From an uncultured archaeon (GTDB lineage: Archaea > Asgardarchaeota > Lokiarchaeia > Sigyniarchaeales > SOKP01): DNA of 64,000 nucleotides. Positions 56,553 to 64,000 of the stretch are shown in pieces. Below the pieces are notes generated by a model. That model made no database searches, was not told the origin of the DNA, and was given only the letters and a program-made list of their open reading frames with translations. The translations under genes were made by a program, and so were the position numbers. The stretch covers positions 1 through 64,000 of the forward strand of contig CAZDTP010000006.1 in NCBI GenBank assembly GCA_964508365.1. Direction: 5' to 3'. Numbering within the stretch: position 1 is the first letter of the stretch; each line of letters begins with the position of its first letter.

Positions 56553-57524
56553 TTGATTATATCAACTTTTCCTCCATCACTGAATTTTGTACCTACTCAA
56601 AGTTTGTTAGAAATTCAAGAATCTAGAATACCGTTTGAATATATTAGTTCTAAGAGAATTTTTTTTTACAAAAACATCAAAGTTCTTGTGTTTAAGCGCC
56701 AAATGAAACAAATATCGTTAATAAGCACTCCCGCAGAGTCATATTTTCATAGAGCAATCAAGCTATTTCTATATAAATATATTTATGAAAATAATAAAAC
56801 AATCGTAAAAAGATCACTTGAAAAATACTTTGGCAACCGTTATGCTGATGTATATTTTAAACTTGATACAGGCAAAGAAATCGTTGTTGAAGTTCAAAAT
56901 TCTAAAATTTCTGTTAAAGAAATAATAGCGAGAACTAAGGACTATAATATAAAGGATATTTTCGTCCTATGGATGTTATACGGGGATGGAAAATGCGCTG
57001 CTTCTCCTAAGGGGGCTAAAGATGTAAAATCTATTAAAATAAGTCCAGCAGAAAATTATTTACATCGAATGTATGGAGGTCGTGTTTATTACGTAAACTT
57101 AGATATAAGAAGAAATAAAGCGTCGTTAAAAACTCCTTTCGCAATCCATTATTCTAAACCAATAAAGAAGAACCAACGAGGTTTGTTTAAAAATCGTTAC
57201 GACAGTTTTTACATTCGTAATTCAAATTTTATAACAATTCCTAATTGGAAAATTGTGTGTACAGAATTCTCGGGATTTAAGATAGCTCGCTTTTACGATA
57301 AAAATATTAAATCCATCTTAAAGAATAAGATTTTGAGTTTTTATGAGATTGAGAAAAAACGAATCCCTAATGATAAGAAATTCATTCGAGAGATATTGAA
57401 AAAATTTAATAAGAAATATGGGATTTACATGATATATAATTCAATTCTTGAATTATCTTCTGAAAATAAGATTGAATTTTCTCGAAAAATTATTACAAAG
57501 ATTAAGAGTAAAATTAATTTTTAA
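56553..57524 (+). CDS. CoiA-like PD-(D/E)xK nuclease domain protein
   Basis: ESYFHRAIK, RYADVY and VEVQNS motifs; real start probably the ATG at 56703. Confidence 0.75.
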   Translation: MIISTFPPSLNFVPTQSLLEIQESRIPFEYISSKRIFFYKNIKVLVFKRQMKQISLISTPAESYFHRAIKLFLYKYIYENNKTIVKRSLEKYFGNRYADVYFKLDTGKEIVVEVQNSKISVKEIIARTKDYNIKDIFVLWMLYGDGKCAASPKGAKDVKSIKISPAENYLHRMYGGRVYYVNLDIRRNKASLKTPFAIHYSKPIKKNQRGLFKNRYDSFYIRNSNFITIPNWKIVCTEFSGFKIARFYDKNIKSILKNKILSFYEIEKKRIPNDKKFIREILKKFNKKYGIYMIYNSILELSSENKIEFSRKIITKIKSKINF

Positions 57525-58027
57525 TACTTATTATTAATTTTAATTACAGATATAATAGTCGTTAAAAATCAATTAGATTTTTATGAAAAATCTCATAAAT
57601 ACGACTAAATAACTTGCAGTAATTATAATTTAGATTTTCCTTTTTGTCATGTGAAAAGATAGATATCTTTAAATAGTTGAAAATTCAATATAACCTTAGA
57701 AAAAAAAAATTGGAAGCCATGATTACATATATATTCTTATACCTAAGAGTCTTAGGACTCAATACCTCAACCCTTAACCCTGTTATTAGATAAATACGTC
57801 TCCTCTTTTTATATTTTTGAACATCTTGGTTTCCGATTTTACTTCTTTTTACATATTTTCGATTTTTGAACTTAGAAATCGTCTTTTTTTTTAGAAGATG
57901 CATACCTTTGGTCGTAGTTTAATTAGGCAAAATGTTGAATAGTTAAAACCAAATCAAGAATTGAAAAGTCTGAAAAAATTTATAAAAAACAAGTCTATTA
58001 ATTAATAAGAAGAAATTATTAATTGAG

Positions 58028-58486
58028 TTGAGGTTGGAAATGGTTAAAACAATAAAATTAAGAAATGGTTCAGAGATAGAATTTGACGAAAAGGCACCCC
58101 AAACTCTTTTTGAAATAATAATTAGCGAGATTTTAATACCTAAATATAAAGAGAATAAGGATTGGAACTTAACCATAAATATTATACTTGAAGAGATAAA
58201 TCAAATCATATCCAAATACGAGTTAGAACCGACGTTAAAAATAGGGCTTTTAAACCAGGTAGAAAAGCACTTGGATAAAGACATTGAGGAATTAACCGGT
58301 TGCGATAAAATTGAGATATTATTTTTGAATATGGATGATATTGTTGAAGATCTTAAGAAACTAATTGTCGCTGGTAAAGATAAACAAGATTTACGTAATG
58401 ACATGGCACATCTAATCTTCCCACTCACAGTTTTTGAACTTGGAGAGCTATTTATTTATTTAGGAAAGAGAGCGTTTCTCAAGTAG
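58028..58486 (+). CDS. Hypothetical helical protein
   Basis: 152-aa ORF with typical codon usage; likely start at MVKTIK. Confidence 0.7.
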   Translation: MRLEMVKTIKLRNGSEIEFDEKAPQTLFEIIISEILIPKYKENKDWNLTINIILEEINQIISKYELEPTLKIGLLNQVEKHLDKDIEELTGCDKIEILFLNMDDIVEDLKKLIVAGKDKQDLRNDMAHLIFPLTVFELGELFIYLGKRAFLK

Positions 58487-58546
58487 GTTAAATTAACTTA
58501 CATTCAATTAAATTAACTTGTAGAGTCTGTATATAAAAATTCTTAT

Positions 58547-59524
58547 CTACTTTTTTACTAGAGTTGTTATTGGTCGCGATTGCAAAGTGTATAATGTGTT
58601 GTTTTCTATTGCCCATTCAATATCTTGAGGATAGTTAAAAAGCGCTTCCAACTTCAAACCTAAATTATGAATTTGCAAAAGTTGAGATGAATTTAAAGAG
58701 CACATTTCTCTAAATTTTCTTTCAGTGTCAATAAGTATAGTAGAATCGCCTTTTGGATTAGCAACAGAAGTTTTTTCTTTTTTTCCAATTATCATTTTTA
58801 TTATATCAAAATTGTCTTTCTTAACTACTATCAAATCGGGAATAATTGTATTGTTCGTGATTGTTTCACCAAGACCCCAAGTAGAATTAATCATCATTTG
58901 GTCAATATTGTTGTTGATTACATTTGCTGTAAATAATACTCCTGAAACTTGAGGTTTTAACATTCTTTGAACGATGATAGCCATTTCTAAATTCAAAGGA
59001 GTAATATTGAATCCTCTTTTGTTTAATTGTATAAGATATAAGAGAATTTGAGGTGAAAAAAGAGAAGCCCAACACATTTTAATCGATAAAATAATTTCTG
59101 TGATACTTTTGATGTTAAGAAACGATTGAGCTTGCCCAGCGAACGAAAAATTATTTGAGTCCTCATAATTAGCAGAAGATCTAACTGCATAAGAGTAATG
59201 CTCATCAATATCTGAAAATTCTTTGATGTGCTTTTGTTGTATCTCTGAAATTATGTTTGATGGCATTTTAGAAGTTAAGAATAAATCCTTAATCTTTGTT
59301 GAAATTTCAATTACTTCTTTTGGGTTGTACTCTTTCGCAAAAATTTCTTCAATGATAGGCTTAATGCGAGATTCTTTGATGAACGATGTAAAAGCTTTAG
59401 TACTTATAGCATACCCCAGAGGGACATTTATTTCATTTTTAATTAAGGTAAAAATGTTGGAAGCTTTCCCTCCAAAAAGACGTGTATCTTCTTTACCTTC
59501 TTTTAAACTTGTTATATATTCCAT
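58547..59524 (-). CDS. Stand-alone ATP-grasp nucleotide-binding module of PEP synthase/dikinase type (PPDK_N)
   Basis: GGKA, AVRSSANYED...SFAGQ, IVQRM, SGVLFT, WGLGE, PQDIEWA, LQSRPITT, then stop. Confidence 0.92.
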   Translation of the reverse strand: MEYITSLKEGKEDTRLFGGKASNIFTLIKNEINVPLGYAISTKAFTSFIKESRIKPIIEEIFAKEYNPKEVIEISTKIKDLFLTSKMPSNIISEIQQKHIKEFSDIDEHYSYAVRSSANYEDSNNFSFAGQAQSFLNIKSITEIILSIKMCWASLFSPQILLYLIQLNKRGFNITPLNLEMAIIVQRMLKPQVSGVLFTANVINNNIDQMMINSTWGLGETITNNTIIPDLIVVKKDNFDIIKMIIGKKEKTSVANPKGDSTILIDTERKFREMCSLNSSQLLQIHNLGLKLEALFNYPQDIEWAIENNTLYTLQSRPITTLVKK

Positions 59525-59563
59525 AATATGATTGTGAAAACTATCTTACTACTAACCATGAAT

Positions 59564-59935
59564 TTAATCATAAACATAAAGAAACCCTTTATCTTCTCCA
59601 TCGTGTGTAATTTTTACTTTTTTATCGATCAGTAATGGTATCTCGTTAGGAGAAATTTTAATTCCCATGATGCAAGGGATTCCAAACTCTCTCGAGATAA
59701 TAGCTAAGTGGGAACCAGCCCCACCTGTAGAACAAATAGTACCGGTTAGATCTGATAAAATGGGCCCTAATGTTGTTATCCCGGCATCGTGTACTAAACA
59801 TATTTTACCTTTTGCTTTATCAAACAAATCGATCACGTGTTCAATCTTAGTAACATAGACTAAAGTTCCTGAAACCTCTAATTTAGATGAACATGACAAG
59901 CCTTCACCTACTTTCCTCATGATTATAATCCCCAC
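59564..59935 (-). CDS. Stand-alone phospho-histidine swivel (PEP-utiliser mobile) domain
   Basis: TGGAGSHLAIISREFGIPCIMG (His codon at 59708-59710); likely start at MRKVGEG. Confidence 0.92.
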   Translation of the reverse strand: MGIIIMRKVGEGLSCSSKLEVSGTLVYVTKIEHVIDLFDKAKGKICLVHDAGITTLGPILSDLTGTICSTGGAGSHLAIISREFGIPCIMGIKISPNEIPLLIDKKVKITHDGEDKGFLYVYD

Positions 59936-60082
59936 GGAGTAAAATCTTTCTCAATGTTTAATATATCAAAATCTTAAGTATTGTAATTAAATGTATTTAA
60001 AAAACTTAAAACTATTTCATAGATTTAAATAGAATTAAGTTTAAAATTAAATATAAAAGGAAAGATTTTAAGGGATTAACTT

Positions 60083-61240
60083 ATGGACATTAAAGAAGCA
60101 AATGAATTAATAGCTCATGCTTCCGAGCTAGTTGATTACCAAGTATCAAAAAGAGGTCTTTTAGAGACACAACTTTTCCCAGTAACTGCTTATATTTGCG
60201 TATCGTTTTATAATGCTTACGATATGTTATATGAAATTTTGAAAAAAATTTCGGAAAAAACAACTCCTGAAATTATGGGAAGGGAAAGTCGAAAAATCTT
60301 GTCAGAAATTCATGCTCTAAGTATATTTTATATTCCGTTATACTACATGATTGGGAGAATGGGAGAAATTCAAAGGAAGGGTGGTGATCCTAGAAGTGAA
60401 AGCCCAGAAAAAAGAAAACAAACATTATTTGTATTAGATTTTTGGAAAAAGTTGGCCACCTCTTATTTCAAGGATGAAAAACTATCTGTTTATGACTCTA
60501 ACAAAAAAAACATGGTTTTAGATCATTCTACCGTTAAAAAAACTTTAAAAAATGTCATAGATCTTTCTAAAGATGAAGTTATTAAACTAAAAAGAACCGT
60601 AGCAAATCTTGAGGTTGTTTCTTTTCTTGACGAATGTGAAGCAAGAGCAAAGATATGTGATCATGGACCCTACAAAATTAACGATAACGAAAGTTTAGTT
60701 TTTAGAGAGATTTCACATCTTTACGATGGTGGTAGCCCACACTTCCCTTGGTCAGAAACAAATGCCAAAGCTCCTTTTAATAATATTGCTTTTGCTTTTC
60801 GATTGAAGGATGTACAAAATAATTTCGATGATTTCGCTACTCTTGAAACTATTCCTCAAGATTTTACGGATAACATCACAGGTGTTGCCCTCTTAACTCG
60901 TAGCGAACAAAAAATTAAAACTCTTGATTGGAACATCTTAGATTCATTTAAAGACTATTCGGAAAGAGCGAATAAAGAGTTATTTTTGAAGTTTTCGAAA
61001 TGGGATAGAAAACAAAGGTTAATTGCTGGTGCGTACGCTTACTGTTATGGATATGCTAGATACACCAATTTTGTTGGAATCACGAATGATATAAATTGGG
61101 ATCTTACGGAGAAAACGATGAATACTTACGTACCAATGTTTATGGAGAGCGATTTTGACCCAGGTATCCCGAGGCTTTTTCGGAGTAAATCTAAAAAGAG
61201 AAAAGAAGGCCCATCGTTATACTTACTCCCCGAGGAATGA
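60083..61240 (+). CDS. Hypothetical, largely helical protein; candidate substrate-binding subunit of the split dikinase
   Basis: 385-aa ORF divergent from the His-domain gene across a 147-bp gap; no recognised family motif. Confidence 0.7.
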   Translation: MDIKEANELIAHASELVDYQVSKRGLLETQLFPVTAYICVSFYNAYDMLYEILKKISEKTTPEIMGRESRKILSEIHALSIFYIPLYYMIGRMGEIQRKGGDPRSESPEKRKQTLFVLDFWKKLATSYFKDEKLSVYDSNKKNMVLDHSTVKKTLKNVIDLSKDEVIKLKRTVANLEVVSFLDECEARAKICDHGPYKINDNESLVFREISHLYDGGSPHFPWSETNAKAPFNNIAFAFRLKDVQNNFDDFATLETIPQDFTDNITGVALLTRSEQKIKTLDWNILDSFKDYSERANKELFLKFSKWDRKQRLIAGAYAYCYGYARYTNFVGITNDINWDLTEKTMNTYVPMFMESDFDPGIPRLFRSKSKKRKEGPSLYLLPEE

Positions 61241-62166
61241 AAGTTATGGATAAAAGTTGCTTACCTCTTGGTTTAGATAGTCGCGATGAACTACTACATC
61301 AACCTACTGACGAATTAAAATGGCGCGAATCTTACTATTTTAATTGGGCAGATTTGGAAAATAGAATTTCAGGTTTTTCAACAATAGGGATTGTTCCTAA
61401 CGAAAATAGACGAGAGATTGTATTTTTATTATTTTTAGAGGATCGAAATGAAGTATATTATAAGGAACTTCCATTACATGAATACGAGACAGATGCAAAT
61501 GTGATGTTAAAATATAAAAATCTCTCATACAAACTTATTGAACCATTTAAAAAGTGGGAGATAAGTTATAAATCAAGAAAAATAGAGTTTGATATTACCT
61601 TTGAAACTAGATTTCCAACTTTCAATTTTGGTAAAGATTCATCTAAATCTTGGCACCAGCATTTTGAATCGTCAGGAGTAATTTCGGGTAAATTGATTAA
61701 GAAAGACGGAGAAGTCATCAACATTAACGGGTATGGTCAACGCGACAAAAGTTGGGGCTTTCGAGACTGGCACCAGTTTGATAAATGGTACGCTGGTCAT
61801 TTTCAATTTAAATTTTGGTCATGTGCATTTCGAAAAGATTTTAGTAGTGATCAAATTGATTTATCGGGTCATACATCGACTGAAAAAGGAAATATTCCTA
61901 TATCTAATCTAGAGATTAAAACTCAAATAGATTCTGACCTGTTTAATAGTCCACTTATTACATACTATGAATTTACGGATGCAAATGATAAAACATATAA
62001 AATTAAAGCTGAGCGATTTGCTAGAAATTCTTTTATTCGGTTTGTTAGAAGTTTTGACGGGGGAAATACAGAATTATTTGAACAAATGGCAATTTTAAAA
62101 GATTTGAAAAGCGGAGAAACTGGAGTTGGTATGATGGAACATTTAAGGACCCATAAGTTAGAATAA
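61237..62166 (+). CDS. All-beta protein, probable tocopherol-cyclase/AttH/CrtC-like double beta-barrel
   Basis: WRESYYFNW, QHFESSG.I.G and GYGQRDKSWGFRDW motifs; Trp/Tyr-rich; 4-bp overlap with the upstream gene. Confidence 0.6.
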   Translation: MKVMDKSCLPLGLDSRDELLHQPTDELKWRESYYFNWADLENRISGFSTIGIVPNENRREIVFLLFLEDRNEVYYKELPLHEYETDANVMLKYKNLSYKLIEPFKKWEISYKSRKIEFDITFETRFPTFNFGKDSSKSWHQHFESSGVISGKLIKKDGEVININGYGQRDKSWGFRDWHQFDKWYAGHFQFKFWSCAFRKDFSSDQIDLSGHTSTEKGNIPISNLEIKTQIDSDLFNSPLITYYEFTDANDKTYKIKAERFARNSFIRFVRSFDGGNTELFEQMAILKDLKSGETGVGMMEHLRTHKLE

Positions 62167-62296
62167 AGAAATAATTTCTTATTTTCGGCTTCCATTTGTG
62201 TTAAAAAATATGAAAGAAATAGTTTTATTAAGTAAAAAGTCTAATTTGTATTATTAAAATTAATATTAAAATTTTGAAGCAAAAAGGGATTAATTC

Positions 62297-63166
62297 ATGT
62301 GTCAGTGGTGTATGTCTCACGGTGCGGGTAAAAAATGGTATATGAACGCTAAAAATTACTCCGATGAGCTTGCTGAAGAAAGTAATATGAAAGATTACTT
62401 GACGGAGCAATGGATGAATTTTGAGCAAGTTTATATTAGAAAAATTATGGGGTTTTCTTCTAAAGATTTAGGATATAAGTTGAAAATGCCAGTAATTGGA
62501 AAAATCCTTCGTTGGAGGGCTGAAAACATGATCCACAGCCAAAAAAAAAGGAGAAATCCCGTAAGAGCTGATGGGCATTTCGGTCAAGTTATACCCTTAG
62601 AGGATGCTCAAATTATCATGTCAGAACTTGCGGCTGAACCTATAATATGTAATTATTGTATGTGTCGTTGGATGCAAAGAAAGAAAAAAGAAGCTGTCTG
62701 CATAAACTTTGGTGTTTTGTCAGAGGTCCTCGAAAAATTACCCCGTTTTATACCAAAAGATCGAGTAGTAAGGATTGACCGAGAGACAGCAGTTGAAAAA
62801 TTGGAAGAATTTAATAAAAAAGGTTACATTTCAAGCGTTTGGTTTCAACCAATACCATACATAAATGCAGTCTGTTCGTGTGAGAGCCCTGAGTGTGGAG
62901 CGTTTACATTACGTAACAATTTTGATATCAACGTGATGTATAAAGCGGAATATATTATCCAATTAGATCAAGATAAATGCCAAGGATGTAAATCATGTGT
63001 TGCTATGTGTCAATTAAGTGCGATTCGGTTTATTCCTTCAATGGATAGAGTTATAATCGATTATAATAAATGCTTTGGATGCGGCGTTTGTCGTCACGCT
63101 TGTAAACACGACGCCTTAAAATTAATTCCCCGAGAGGATTATCCGGGATTTGATGGAACGTACTAG
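62297..63166 (+). CDS. Multi-Cys iron-sulfur protein with C-terminal 2x[4Fe-4S] domain
   Basis: MCQWC, CNYCMC and VCSCESPEC, plus CQGCKSCVAMC and CFGCGVCRHAC. Confidence 0.88.
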   Translation: MCQWCMSHGAGKKWYMNAKNYSDELAEESNMKDYLTEQWMNFEQVYIRKIMGFSSKDLGYKLKMPVIGKILRWRAENMIHSQKKRRNPVRADGHFGQVIPLEDAQIIMSELAAEPIICNYCMCRWMQRKKKEAVCINFGVLSEVLEKLPRFIPKDRVVRIDRETAVEKLEEFNKKGYISSVWFQPIPYINAVCSCESPECGAFTLRNNFDINVMYKAEYIIQLDQDKCQGCKSCVAMCQLSAIRFIPSMDRVIIDYNKCFGCGVCRHACKHDALKLIPREDYPGFDGTY

Positions 63167-63174
63167 GTGATTAT

Positions 63175-63453
63175 ATGAGTAAAGCAAATAAAAAGAAAAG
63201 AACTAAGATCAGAATAGATTATTCTATTTGTGGAGAAAAAGGAAAAATTGATCCCAGAAACTGCGGTTTGTGTATGAAAGCGTGTGATCCAGCGGTATTT
63301 ATTATGCATGAAACGTTAGGCACCGAGAAGAAGCAAAAAGACATGTACGATCCTCAAGATTGGAGAATCACGCCTATATGGGGCTCACTCTGTAGTCGTT
63401 GTTATAAATGTGTCGAAGTTTGCCCCGAAAATGCAATTACAATTACATGGTAA
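63175..63453 (+). CDS. Small dicluster-type [4Fe-4S] ferredoxin
   Basis: C...CGLCMKAC and CSRCYKCVEVCP. Confidence 0.85.
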   Translation: MSKANKKKRTKIRIDYSICGEKGKIDPRNCGLCMKACDPAVFIMHETLGTEKKQKDMYDPQDWRITPIWGSLCSRCYKCVEVCPENAITITW

Positions 63454-63497
63454 ATCGTTAAGTTCAAAAATCTTTAACTTTTTATTATTTTTAGAGT

Positions 63498-64000
63498 ATG
63501 AAAAGAAAGTTTAATCCTAAAGATATAAAGATCGGTTTGAAATTACCAACTATTCTAACCCCTTTAAGTTCTATATTTATCCGTATGGCATTTCTTGTAG
63601 ATTATGTTTATTCTCCCCTTTTCAAAATTTTTGAACTAATTGGGCGATCGAAAAGACTCAAAAATATCAATTTTCTACCAGAAACTAGTTCGATTAGACT
63701 CAAGGAAGTCTTGATAGAGCTCGAAGATGGGGGAAAATTAGCGACAGATATTTACTTACCTAAAGAACTTTACAAAAAAAAGGGAACGGGGCCGACTATT
63801 CTAGTAAGACTACCTTATTGGAAAGATCGTCTTAGTATTTTAGGATACTTTATAGCTTCTAAAGGATATGTCGTTGTGATTCAAGATATTCGGGGTTGTG
63901 GTCGATCAAGGGAGTATGGTACTAATTCACTATATATGTACGAACGACAAGATGGAATCGAAACTTTACGTTGGATTACTCGTCGATTTTGGTATAACAA
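63498..64000 (+). CDS. CocE/NonD-family (peptidase S15-like) hydrolase, 5' part (runs off the window end)
   Basis: Not in the ORF track. Manual translation MKRKFNPK...DGGKLATDIYLP...PTILVRLPY...GYVVVIQDIRGCGRS...ERQDGIETLRWI. Confidence 0.85.
   Translation, partial: MKRKFNPKDIKIGLKLPTILTPLSSIFIRMAFLVDYVYSPLFKIFELIGRSKRLKNINFLPETSSIRLKEVLIELEDGGKLATDIYLPKELYKKKGTGPTILVRLPYWKDRLSILGYFIASKGYVVVIQDIRGCGRSREYGTNSLYMYERQDGIETLRWITRRFWYN

Noticed and set aside
58488-58519. Direct repeat TTAAATTAACTT x2 between convergent genes
   Set aside because: Only two copies of an AT-rich 12-mer; plausible by chance and not CRISPR-like.
58547-59935. A single PEP synthase gene broken by a frameshift
   Set aside because: Domain order on the coding strand is His then ATP-grasp, the opposite of fused enzymes. 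Both ORFs have clean ends and a 39-bp spacer.
8499-61965. Numerous 60-127-aa antisense ORFs in the track (e.g. 9433-9753, 10702-10947, 28990-29289, 35157-35540, 46061-46246, 58725-58952)
   Set aside because: They lie fully inside well-supported genes on the opposite strand or frame and show no motifs; shadow ORFs.
1-64000. Transposases, integrases, rRNA genes, cas genes and selenoprotein (in-frame TGA) candidates
   Set aside because: No supporting motifs were seen while reading; absence is by eye only.

Overview
AT-rich archaeal window. By inference it is Asgard, most likely Lokiarchaeia/Promethearchaeia: it carries a Rab-like and a longin-fused Arf/Rag-like small GTPase, a Roadblock-like protein, eukaryote-style E1 and E2 enzymes, and a PGY-TM-basic C-terminal sorting signal. 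It divides into four blocks. (1) 1-28.8 kb is a large surface-glycan locus: rfbFG, six GT4s, three GT2s, two flippases, three SAM methyltransferases, a B12 radical SAM enzyme, an alkaline-phosphatase-family enzyme, nucleotide-sugar epimerases/reductases and a GT-C-like membrane protein. (2) 29.7-46.4 kb is rich in eukaryotic-signature proteins: a Roadblock-like gene plus a longin-GTPase-Pro-rich-hairpin gene, a Rab-like GTPase, a 1641-aa protein of 14 MIT/TPR-like modules joined by charged helices, a UBA3/UBA2-style E1, and an E2 with a Cdc34/Ubc7-length loop, mixed with metabolic genes. (3) 46.6-58.5 kb is mixed: a two-intron tRNA-Tyr, an M1 peptidase, a PDCD5-like protein, an HDAC-family deacetylase, a Whirly/PC4-like candidate, an inverted-repeat-flanked membrane gene, a tandem wHTH regulator and a CoiA-like nuclease. 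(4) 58.5-64 kb holds a split PEP-synthase-like phosphotransferase (separate ATP-grasp and phospho-His genes, no PEP/pyruvate barrel) divergent from an operon of an unknown helical protein, a beta-barrel protein, two ferredoxins and a CocE/NonD hydrolase. The best candidates for undescribed systems are the tripartite dikinase-like locus and the Roadblock/longin-GTPase/MIT-repeat/E1-E2 neighbourhood. All family calls come from motif recognition by eye; no database searches were run.
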